NCBI RefSeq assembly: GCF_000143415.4
Contig: NW_003314269.1
Coordinates: 1,158,623-1,222,622, forward strand
DNA from: Selaginella moellendorffii
Lineage: Eukaryota > Plantae > Lycopodiophyta
Direction of reading: 5' to 3'
DNA length: 64,000 nucleotides
Each line of letters starts with the position of its first letter. Positions within the stretch are counted from its first letter, which is position 1. The notes below the pieces were generated by a model. The model worked only from the letters and a program-made list of their open reading frames with translations, did not search any database and was not told the origin of the DNA. This document shows, one piece after another, positions 10,901 to 20,864 of this stretch. Both the position numbers and the translations under genes were made by a program.

Positions 10901-12307
10901 CGGGATGAACCGGTGCCGAGTGAACCCCTTGATGATACTCCCGAAAGAAAAATGAAAAGGTCACTAACTTATTCGCGCAAGGTCCCTCCATTACTCATGT
11001 GACTCCTCGTTTCCCGGATGCACCACAGTGTCCAAACCTTCCACTGCAGCAGCACCAACGGGACGTTGATGACACCAAAGTCTCCACCTAGGAAATGGAG
11101 GTCGCCAATCTGGAAAACGCCGACAACACCGATAAGTATGACTAACTTCATCACACGCCCAGTAACAAACATCACGGCCACGACCACGTCCTCGCCCTTG
11201 TCCTTGGACTCGAGTAGTAACAGCATCAACCTCTATTGGAACAAGACCATCACTCATAGGAAGTGGAGCTGAAGGACATGCAGTGAGAAGTGGAAGAAGC
11301 GACGTCTCATAACGTTGTGCCAAGCGAAGAGCATCGTCAAGGGTAGCAGAAGCAAGTGCATGCATAAGTCCAACAAGATCTTGACGAAGTGCTGGCCACA
11401 ACATTCCTAACTTGATCCGCTTTGACATATTGGGCTCCGCACGAAGCAAAAGATTTCAAAAACGAACGTCAAATTGCATCACTGACTCAGATGGCCCTTG
11501 GCGAAGACGATGCAATTGTTGGATCCGAAGGCGCGTTTGAAGACGTCCAGAAGAACACTCTAATCCCCACGAGCGGCCACGCTCAATCCATTGTACCACT
11601 GCAACACCGTCCCTTGGAGACACGTGGGAAACTCACGCAAACGTCGAGCATCATCCCAAGAATGATATGTGGCAATCACTGTGAAGTGATCGAACCAATG
11701 GTATACATCATCCTCAGGATTCCCACAAAAGAACTCCGGCCGAACGCAAGGATTGGCACCAAGAGCAGGAGGAGTTGAACCACATGCCGTGAATGCCACC
11801 ATCAATTGAGTTTGGTTGTTCAATTGCAAGCACATAGCATCAAGCAATTGAACCAACTACTGCTCTAGAGTCAAGGGAGGAGATTGTTGATCTGCCATGA
11901 AGATGAACGAAAAAGAAAAAGCAAAAGAAGAGAAATGACAAAAAGCTAGAAAGAAATGGTAGATCTAAACAATCCAAAAAGCTAGATCTAAAGCAAAATC
12001 CTGAAAGGGAAGAACAAAAGAAAGGAAATGGAAAAAGCTAAATCTAGACGATGCAAAAACTAGATCTAAACTAAAATCCCAAATCCAATCACTCTTCAGG
12101 GACAATCAAAGGTGCCCCTCACCTCCACCAATGTGAGTGCATGGAATATGGAAAAGGGAATATAGAAATGTGCATATCAATTAACCCAAAAACCCTAGCT
12201 TATATACAAGAGTGAGTGGTCTGGATTGAAACCAATCTGACGGCTACCAAAATCCCACTACGCTAATATTAGTATACGGCATCGTAGCCATACACCTGGC
12301 CCTCACA
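7968..12307 (-). mobile_element. Ty3/gypsy LTR retrotransposon, 3'-truncated and inactivated (gag-PR-RT-RH-INT)
   Basis: 176-bp LTR 12132-12307 (TGTGAG...CTCACA) followed by PBS TGGTGGAGGTGAGGGGCA. Gag with a degenerate zinc knuckle, protease LVDTG, RT (RFCIDYR, KTAFRTPFGLYEF, FIDDVLI), RNase H (VDASDIGLGGVL, YSTTEKECLA), integrase (HHCC region, SDND, YHPQSD). In-frame stops and frameshifts; no 3' LTR. Confidence 0.95.
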
Positions 12308-12467
12308 AAGCCTAAATTTTTATAAAAGTTTTTGTTGCAAAATGCTTTTTCTTATTTAAAATAACCATCTTTCACTAAAAGTTACATTTGAATGTTAATC
12401 TATAAAGGGGCATATTTGCAAGTAGATATATGGCAAACTTTCTTTTGGTTGATAATGATCTAACCAG

Positions 12468-13470
12468 ATGACTGAGCAGAAAAGCAAATCACTATGCCAG
12501 GAGCTTGAAACAGCTATCTGCTCTTGTCACACCCTCCCTCAAGCCCATCAAATTCATGTGAAACTATCCTTAATAGACTTGAATGACACTTCCTCATTGG
12601 TCTTTCTCTCCAATATTTCCATCCATGGTCATCTCCATGAAGCGGAACATCTCTTTTTCAAAATCCCGCAAACCAACCTTGTTGTTTGGAACGCAATGAT
12701 AGCTGCTTACATCACAAACAACGCTCTTCTCAAGGCACAGTCACTTTATGAATCAATGCCAGAATGGAATCTCATTTCTTCTACCACAATTCTTACTGCA
12801 CTTGCGTGTTCTGGGGATTTGGAGAAAGCGAAGGCCGTTTTTGATTCGATGGAGGAACGCGATCTCATCGCCTGGAACACAATACTTGCTGCCTATACAC
12901 ACAGTGACAATATGGACGAACTCACTGCTATCCCCCAGCAGATGCCATAACTTGATATTGTCTCGTGGAACACAATTCTGTCAGCATACGCACGATCTGG
13001 GGATTCTCACACCACAGAACAAATCTTCCATCGCATGACTGAAGCTGATCTTGTCTCCAGCACCACAATGCTTAAATTTTATGCAGAGAGCCTCGAGACA
13101 GATCAAGCCCAACAAGTCTCTGATGGACTGCCACATTGCAATGACATCTCCTGGACAGTGATGATCAAAGCATATAGGGCTGCAAGGACCTTAACCCATG
13201 CTTTGATCTCTTTAACAAAGCCAACAGCAGTGATGTGGGAAGCTATGCTATGCGTATATACCAAGGCCGGGATTGCTAAAAAAAAAATTTATTCCATGCC
13301 CGCTACAACCCTCATGCCAGCATATGTTCAATAAGACCATCACTTGAAGCGTCATGATTCACGGGTATGCCATGAAGGTCGCGCGAGTGATGCTTGGCGC
13401 CTTTGCGAGTGATGCTTGGCGCCTTTGCGAGCAATGGGCTCTTGGACGAGGCAAAAGGCTTCTTCGATTC
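12468..13470 (+). pseudogene. PPR-A pseudogene, copy 2
   Basis: Aligns to 16761-17990 with internal deletions, a premature TAA at 12948-12950 and 3' truncation at ttcttcgattcc. Confidence 0.9.
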
Positions 13471-13503
13471 CGAGCACGGAATTTCGCATTTGTTGAAAAT
13501 ACA

Positions 13504-13577
13504 GGGGCGTTGTGAGAATCGGGCTCGCGACCTCTCGCACCCAAAACGAGAATCATACCCATTAAGGACTAACGCCC
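13504..13577 (-). pseudogene. tRNA-Pro(UGG) pseudogene, copy 2
   Basis: Identical to 5123-5196. Confidence 0.85.
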
Positions 13578-13792
13578 CTTAGATATTTCAGTCATCGCTC
13601 CAGGCACGGCCCAGGACAAAATCAATCTGTGGATGTCACGGTTATAGAATCGCCAGCCAATATTGGTGAAGCAATGCACCAGGAATTTAAGAAGCGAAAC
13701 CAATGTCGATCGGGAGGAATAACACGCTACTTTTAATTGTTCTCCATTTTGATGTACTCTAAAACTTTTAATCACAGGAGTGATTCTTACAG

Positions 13793-14467
13793 TCAATGGT
13801 GGACGCTCTCCACACGGATTGGAGAGAAGTAACTGTTGCACTTGTTCCCAGAGACATGGGAGAGGATCTCTTGAATCATGTTGTTTGTTTTGTTTGTGCA
13901 ATCCTTGGCATGGATTTCCTTGGACATGTCCCGGCTCATGTTCGCGCTCCTCCCATCAAACATATACTTGAACAGCGTGCACAAGCTTCCACCTTCCTTA
14001 ATCTGGACTCCATACCAGATCTTGTCTCCAGCACATCTAGTCGAGTGGCACAAATCCTCGAGGCGCCTCATCATGTGGCATCTCGTCCCGCCAATCACCA
14101 CCAAGAGCTGGGCGTTCTTTGGGGCACAATCGTCACGGTCTCTGCTGCAGAGCTCTTGGGTGAGGAGGCTGTGAAGCTCTTGAGCTCTAGCACAGTGGAG
14201 GAAGTCCGGTGCCAGTAGCTTGGATGCCGATCGTGGCCAAAAGTCATGAAAATCACTGTGGGAAGTGATAACTAACCCATCAATCTTGTATACTACCTTG
14301 CTGCTCGGACTTTTCTTGGGGACCATGGGAGGCTCCTCCTGGAGCTCACGCCTTCTCTTTGGAGCACTAATCTTGGTATCAACTTGTCCTTCCTTGTTTC
14401 GCTGCCTCTTCTTTCCCTTCTTCATCGCCGCCACAGCGCTAGCCTTCTTGTCCACGCTCTCGATCAC
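13793..14467 (-). CDS. Orphan ORF-X, copy 2
   Basis: Nearly identical to copy 1, with the same ATG>ATA change. Confidence 0.6.
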   Translation of the reverse strand: MIESVDKKASAVAAMKKGKKRQRNKEGQVDTKISAPKRRRELQEEPPMVPKKSPSSKVVYKIDGLVITSHSDFHDFWPRSASKLLAPDFLHCARAQELHSLLTQELCSRDRDDCAPKNAQLLVVIGGTRCHMMRRLEDLCHSTRCAGDKIWYGVQIKEGGSLCTLFKYMFDGRSANMSRDMSKEIHAKDCTNKTNNMIQEILSHVSGNKCNSYFSPIRVESVHH

Positions 14468-14611
14468 TGCTATTAAACCCTGATTGTGTGAATCCTAAAG
14501 GGCCCTTTTATATGGTAACATAAAATGCAATCAAATCAAAATCTAGTACGGACCGCGAATATTTTATTGATCGTTTATAAGACATGGGTTCCGTTTAATA
14601 TAAAGAATCAA

Positions 14612-16324
14612 ATGAGTCCTAGTTCTTCCACTTCCCGACCTCGATCTTTCCGTTCCAAGCTTGACCGCGCCCACTCCAGCGATTGCGAGGTGAGGAGATT
14701 CCTTGCGTCGCTCAAGGAATGCTCGCGATCCCGGGATCTGGATTGGGGTAAGCAAATCCACGCCGAGGCGGAGTGCTGCGGCCTCGATTCCAATGCGTTC
14801 GTGGCGAGCAGCCTGGTGAATCTCTATGGCAAGTGCGGCTGCATGGACGAGGCGCGCAGGGCTTTCGACCGGATGAATTGCCCCGACCTCGTCGCGTGGA
14901 ATTCTCTCATTCTGGGCTATGCCGTGAATGGGCATGGCGGGGTTGCGCTCCAGCTCTTCCTGGACATGGAATCGCGGGGCTTGAAAGGGAATTCTGTCAC
15001 GTTTATTGGATTGCTCAAGGCCTGCGCGAGCCTCGCAGAGAAGGAGAATGGGAAGGTTTTAGAAGATCTAGAGCTCGTCGTGAAGTTTTCTTCTCTTGAG
15101 AGAGGAATGGCTCTTCACTCCCTTGCCACTGCAAGGGGAATCGACACAAACGCTTTGGTAGCTAGCAGCCTGGTGGAAATGTATGCTCGGTGTGGAAGCG
15201 TGGTGGATGCGTGGAAGGTTTTTCATGGAGCTCCAAAGCGTGACGTAGTTCTATGGACTTCTTTGATGCAGGGTTTTGTAGAGAATGGGCAGAGCGAGGT
15301 GGTGCTTGAGCTCTTCGTGGAAATGCAACGAGAAAGCAGTGGAGCAAATGCCAGAACCTTTGTTGCGGTGTTCCAGGCCATCACTTCTTTAGCAAAGAGG
15401 GAACGAGGAGAAGAAACTATCCATGGAAGGATACTCAAGCTGGAGTCTCTGGAAAGAGGTATGGCTTTTCACGCGCAAGCCTTGCGAATTGCTAACCATC
15501 GCTTGGATATCTTTCTTCACAGCTGCTTGATCCAAATGTACGCGGCTTGTGGCAGCATGGGCGATGCTCTTGGAGTGTTTAGCACCATTTTCCAGCCAAA
15601 TCAAGTCTGCTGGACGGCATTGATGCTCGGGTACGTTGAAAACAGCCAGGCCGAAACAGCGCTACATTTTTTCTTGCTAATGCAGCTCGAGGGATGTTCT
15701 CCAGACGTGTGGACGCTCGTTTGCGTGCTCAAAGCTTGTGGAAGCTCAGTAGCCTTGAGGCTTGGCCGGATACTTCACGAAGAGATCACGAGCTTGGGGT
15801 TCCAGTTCCAGGGAGCCGTGATCTCTTCGTTGGTAGATTTCTACAGCAGATGTGGGAGCATGGACGAAGCGGAGCTGGTTTTCAACTCGGTCTCGAGGAA
15901 GGATGCTGTGAGTTGGAGCTCACTTATCGCGGGCTACAGCCGCCAGGGAGACAACGATCGAGTGATCCAGCTCTTTGAGAAGATGTGTGACGAGGGTGTC
16001 AAGCCGGACGGTGTAACTTATGTCTCGGTGCTCGCGACTTGCAGCCGGGCTGGGATGATCGAGCAAGGCAAGAAATTTTTCCAGGAGATGACGTCTAGGT
16101 GTGGATTAGATCCGGGCATTGAGCACTACCACTGCATGATCGACATGCTCGGACGAGCAAAGCAGCTCGAGGAAGCTCTGGAGATGGTGGAAGCTATGCC
16201 GTTCGAAGCCACAATGGTCACTTGGACGAGTTTGCTGGCTGCTTGCTCGAAGTGGAAGAATGGGAGAGTGGAGAAGATTGCTTGTGACAACATCGTCTCT
16301 CTCCTGCGGCAGATTTCTCCGTAG
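14612..16324 (+). CDS. PPR-B, intact PLS/E-class pentatricopeptide repeat protein (copy 2)
   Basis: Uninterrupted ORF with repeated PPR motifs and a partial E domain (WTSLLAAC). Likely start is MSPSSS (14612), because the upstream extension carries indels in other copies. Confidence 0.9.
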   Translation: MSPSSSTSRPRSFRSKLDRAHSSDCEVRRFLASLKECSRSRDLDWGKQIHAEAECCGLDSNAFVASSLVNLYGKCGCMDEARRAFDRMNCPDLVAWNSLILGYAVNGHGGVALQLFLDMESRGLKGNSVTFIGLLKACASLAEKENGKVLEDLELVVKFSSLERGMALHSLATARGIDTNALVASSLVEMYARCGSVVDAWKVFHGAPKRDVVLWTSLMQGFVENGQSEVVLELFVEMQRESSGANARTFVAVFQAITSLAKRERGEETIHGRILKLESLERGMAFHAQALRIANHRLDIFLHSCLIQMYAACGSMGDALGVFSTIFQPNQVCWTALMLGYVENSQAETALHFFLLMQLEGCSPDVWTLVCVLKACGSSVALRLGRILHEEITSLGFQFQGAVISSLVDFYSRCGSMDEAELVFNSVSRKDAVSWSSLIAGYSRQGDNDRVIQLFEKMCDEGVKPDGVTYVSVLATCSRAGMIEQGKKFFQEMTSRCGLDPGIEHYHCMIDMLGRAKQLEEALEMVEAMPFEATMVTWTSLLAACSKWKNGRVEKIACDNIVSLLRQISP

Positions 16325-16760
16325 CTCATTACACGGGCTTTTCAAAAGAGATCACGTCGATCGATCACGTCAATGATAGCTTATAGTCAGCGCGATTCGA
16401 TTGATTCCTTTCTTACTTTAGTGTCATCTTCAAGATGAATGGCAATCGCCTCTGCAAAGGAAGACAATTCCAAAAGCTGTGGGCAAACGGATGATCCCGA
16501 CATCTCGCGTTACAAAAAATAGAAAATCTATATGCGAGAAGAACTGCTAAAATGCAATTGTGCATTATATCTTTAGCTTAATTTTTATTTGATGGCTTAG
16601 TTGAAATATTTTTCTTGAAAAATTTTATAAAATTAAAACTCTTCAAGCCTAAATTTTTATAAAAAATTTTGTTGCAAAATGCTTTTTCTTATTTAAAAAC
16701 ACCATCCTTCACTAAAAATTGCATATGAATGTTAAATTGCATATGCATATTTGCAAGTAG

Positions 16761-18452
16761 ATGACTGAGCAGAAAAGCAAATTACTATGCCAGGAGCTTG
16801 AAACAGCTATCCGCTCTTGTCACACCCTCCCTCAAGCCCATCAAATTCATGCGAAACTATCCTTAATAGACTTGAATGACACTTCCTCATTGGTCTTTCT
16901 TTCCAATATTTCCATCCAGATGTTTGGACGATGCGGCAGCATCAGTCATGCTTACCAAATCTTTTGCAGAATTGTCACCAAAGACTGCTTCTCCTGGGTG
17001 ATGATGTTGCAAGCATTTGCCACAAATGGTCATCTCCATGAAGCGGAACATCTCTTTTTCAAAATCCCGCAAACCAACCTCGTTGTTTGGAACGCAATGA
17101 TAGCTGCTTACATCACAAACAACGCTCTTCTCAAGGCACAGTCACTTTATGAATCAATGCCAGAATGGAATCTCATTTCATCTACCACAATTCTTACTGC
17201 ACTTGCTTGTTCTGGGGATTTGGAGAAAGCGAAGGTAGTTTTTGATTCGATGGAGGAACGTGATCTCATCGCCTGGAACGCAATGCTCGCTGCCTATACA
17301 CACAGTGACAATATGGACGAACTCACCGCTGTCGCCCAGCAGATGCGAGAACTTGATATTGTCTCGTGGAACACAATTCTGTCAGCATACGCCCGATCTG
17401 GGGATTCTCACACCACAGAACAAATCTTCCATCGCATGACTGAAGTTGATCTTGTCTCCTGCACCACAATGCTCAAATCTTATGCGGAGAGCGGCCAAAT
17501 AGGTCAAGCCCAACATGTCTTTGATGGATTGCCACACCGCGATGCCACCTCTTGGACAGTGATGATCGAAGCATATAGCGCTGTAGGAAGCTTAACCGAA
17601 GCTGTTGATCTCTTTAACAAAGCCAACAGCAAGGATATAGTGACGTGGAACGCCATGCTTTCATTATATGCCCAGTCTGGGCATCTGGAACAGTCAAAGC
17701 ACTTTTTTGATTCCATGCCTCTACAAGATGCCGCTACGTGGAATACCCTCTTGGCAGCATATGCTCAACGCGGGCACTTGATATATGCTCAAGAGCTGTT
17801 CGATAAGATGCCTTGCGCAGATTCCATCACTTGGAGCGTCATGATACACGGGTATGCCATGAACGGGCAAATGGCGGAGGCAAAGAGCTTGTTTAGCACT
17901 TCTCTGATTCGATTCCAGGTCGCGCGAGTGATGCTTGGCGCCTATGCGAGCAATGGGCTCTTGGACGAGGCAAAGGGCTTCTTCGATTCCATGCCGGAGA
18001 GAGATGGAGAGACGAGCGCGGCCATGGCGGCGGCCATGGCACAGGGCGGTCGATTCAACGACGCGACGGCGTTCTTCCACGAGGCTAAGATTGAAGGATT
18101 CAAGCCCGGTGCTATTTCTTTCGCGTGTGCCATCGTGGGCTGTAGCTACAGGGGCGACTTGGAAGCTGGGATCCAGTGCTTCAATTCGATGATCGCAGAT
18201 TTCGGGATCCGGCCCAACAAGCAGCACTACTGCTGTGTGATCGATTTGCTGGGTCGCGCTGGTCATCTGGAAGCCGCGGAGGAGCTCATCGCCAACATGC
18301 CCTTCGTTCCCGATCAGTCCGACTGGAAATGCCTGCTCGCGGCGTGCCGATTCCACGGCGGCGGTGGCGATGCCCGAGAGACCGCGGCTCTCTCCGCCGC
18401 TCGGGAGGATCCACACGACCCAGCGCCGTATGTATTGCTCGCCAATCCATAG
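16761..18452 (+). CDS. PPR-A, intact PLS/E-class pentatricopeptide repeat protein (563 aa)
   Basis: Intronless, with many short PPR repeats (WNAMLAAY, WNTLLAAYAQ), QHYCCVIDLLGRAG and E-domain motifs WKCLLAAC and APYVLLAN. Confidence 0.93.
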   Translation: MTEQKSKLLCQELETAIRSCHTLPQAHQIHAKLSLIDLNDTSSLVFLSNISIQMFGRCGSISHAYQIFCRIVTKDCFSWVMMLQAFATNGHLHEAEHLFFKIPQTNLVVWNAMIAAYITNNALLKAQSLYESMPEWNLISSTTILTALACSGDLEKAKVVFDSMEERDLIAWNAMLAAYTHSDNMDELTAVAQQMRELDIVSWNTILSAYARSGDSHTTEQIFHRMTEVDLVSCTTMLKSYAESGQIGQAQHVFDGLPHRDATSWTVMIEAYSAVGSLTEAVDLFNKANSKDIVTWNAMLSLYAQSGHLEQSKHFFDSMPLQDAATWNTLLAAYAQRGHLIYAQELFDKMPCADSITWSVMIHGYAMNGQMAEAKSLFSTSLIRFQVARVMLGAYASNGLLDEAKGFFDSMPERDGETSAAMAAAMAQGGRFNDATAFFHEAKIEGFKPGAISFACAIVGCSYRGDLEAGIQCFNSMIADFGIRPNKQHYCCVIDLLGRAGHLEAAEELIANMPFVPDQSDWKCLLAACRFHGGGGDARETAALSAAREDPHDPAPYVLLANP

Positions 18453-18613
18453 TACTTTCAAAGAGATAGAAGAAGAGCGAATATACTTGTTTGGTGGCAA
18501 ATATTTCTTTCAGCCCTAATAAAAGGAATAGACAGGATATTCCAAACTGTTAGCCTGGAGGCGAGAAAATAGGGAGGGTTAAACGCAAAGGGAAAGGGGG
18601 TGCTAGCATCGCC

Positions 18614-20464
18614 ATGGATCAGGGCAGCGGCGGCGGCGAGGCGAGCGACGAGAAGCTGGCTCACTTCCAGAGCTTGACGGGCATGGAGGACATGGCCGTG
18701 TGCACGCGCATTCTAGAGCGCCATGGCTGGGATCTGGACTCGGCGGTCACGGCGGCGGTGTCGGACGATTCGCACAGCCATGCCCGGGAGTATTCTCGCC
18801 AAAATCTCCAGCCGCAGCGCCTCAGTCCCAGGTACTCGCCCTCTCTGCCCCATCGCAACAGTGGCACAGCTCCACCGCTAGGGCTCGCGCAATTGGCCAC
18901 GACGAGCGGCGACGAGGACATGCTCGTGGATCACCAGCCCCGCCCGGGGCCGATTCCCCCTAGCAACGACGCCACCGCCACTAACAGCGGGAATCTGGTG
19001 TGGAAGATCGTCACGCTCCCCTTCTCGATCGTTCGTGGGGGGCTTTTCATGGTTTCCGGCGCCATGGGGCTTGGTGTTTGGGTGGCTGGATCGCTCCTTT
19101 CGTACTCTCTAGGGGCTCTTGGCATTGGCAACCAGCAAGGTGGTGGTGGTAGATTAACGGAGGCGAGAGATCGTTTCCTTCCAGTTCCTACTGCCGGAGC
19201 TGTCCAGGCAATCCAGTTCATCCGGAGCTTTGAGCAAGAGTATGGGAGCGTCCGCCCGGACTTCCAGGCTCTCAGCTTCATGGAGGCGCTGCGGCGGTCG
19301 ACGGAGGGGTTTAAGTTCCTCTTCGTCTACTTGCACTCGCCGGAGCACGTCGACACGCCCGCGTTTTGCCAGGCTACGCTCTGCTCGGAGCCGGTCAGCC
19401 AGTTCTTGAGCCAGAACTTCGTCGTGTGGGGGGCGGACGTGAGGAACACCGAGGGGTTCCAGATGTTTAACAGCTTGAAGGCGTCGACGTTTCCCTTCTG
19501 CGCGGTCGTCATGGCTTCTTCCAACCAACGGATAGCTCTCTTGCAACAGGTTCTTCTCTCCTGTTTGTTTTCGCTTTTGTGGTGGATTTTTCATGGTTTT
19601 CTTTGCTTTCGTTTCCTTTCTTGCAGGTGGAAGGATTCAAATCTCCAGAGACATTGCTCTCGCTGCTGCAAAGAGTTTTGGAGGAGCAAGGTGCCGCTTT
19701 GGTGGCGATGCGTGTCGAGGACGAGGAGAGAAGGCGCAACAGGCAATTGCGCGAGGAGCAAGACGCAGCATATCAGGCCGCCTTGCTAGCAGACCAGGTG
19801 ATCCTCGTTTCGCGCTCGTCCATTTCTTAAAAGCGCTGCTTTCATTCGCAGGAACGGGAGAGGAAAAGAGTGGAAGAAGCCGAGAGGGTGGCCAGGGAGG
19901 CCGCCGAGTCGGAGAGGCAAATGCGAGAGAAGGAGCTTGCGGCGCAAAGAGCTGCGCAGGTGGCCGCCGAGAAGCAAGCGGCCATGGACAAGCTCCGAAA
20001 GGAGAAGGCCCTGGCCCTGGGAGCCGAGCCGGAGAGAGGCCCACAAGTCACACAGGTTAGTCTTGCCCTCCCATAGCTTGTTTGTTTCAATCACCTTCAT
20101 CTCTTCGCTTTCTTCGTAGCTTGTTTCGATCATCCCTTTGCTTCCTTCCTTCTAGCTTGTTTCAACCACCCTTTGCTTCTTTCGTGGAAATGTTTTGACA
20201 TGTTGGTCCTTGGTGTTGTTGGTTTGATAGGTGCTAGTTCGGTTTCCAAATGGTGAACGCAAAGAGCGAAGGTTTAGCTGCACGTCCGCCGTGCAGTGTG
20301 TGTACGATTTCGTGGACTCTCTGGGCAGCCTTGGAGATGCTCGCTACAGTCTCGTGTCCAATTTTCCCAGAAAGGTGTACGGCGCGGACAAGCTCCACAT
20401 GTCCTTGGCCGACGCAGGGCTCCACCCGCACGCCAGCCTTTTTGTCCAGGTGGACACTCCATAG
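18614..20464 (+). CDS. PUX10: Plant UBX-domain protein (UBA-like, UAS, coiled coil, UBX), PUX10/FAF2-like
   Basis: Exons ~18614-19549, 19627-19797, 19852-20055, 20231-20464. Motifs FQSLTG..ILERHGWDL, KFLFVYLHSPEH, LREEQDAAY, VRFPNGERKERRF, NFPRKVY. Confidence 0.9.
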
Positions 20465-20864
20465 CTTTTCTTGTGTGTAGGAGAGGAAGAGAGAGAGGAA
20501 GAGAGAGAGAGAGCGGGAGCTACTCTTATCATATTAATAACACTTTTGTACTTTCTGGGGATGGAGAAATGGTCAACTTGTACAAATTTTAATTAATACT
20601 ACCACTGTAAAGTTGACAAAGAAGATTCCTTTAAATTCTAAATTTTAACTGATTTTTTAAAAAAAATTAAAAGAAAATTACTATAGTATTGTTTTTGGTT
20701 TTGAAGTCTTTTGCGCGGTCAAGCACGAGATTGTGCAGTGGAAGACTGGTGTTGACGTGAGAAGTTTCCAAGGGCAAAGCGTAAATCGACCGGCAAAGTT
20801 GCCACTTCGGTTGGGCTACTCTAGAGCTGTGCTACAAAGCACTTCTTGTCGCAATGCTCGATCA

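Noticed and set aside
17721-18500. 259-aa minus-strand ORF
   Set aside because: It is antisense to the GC-rich 3' half of PPR-A.
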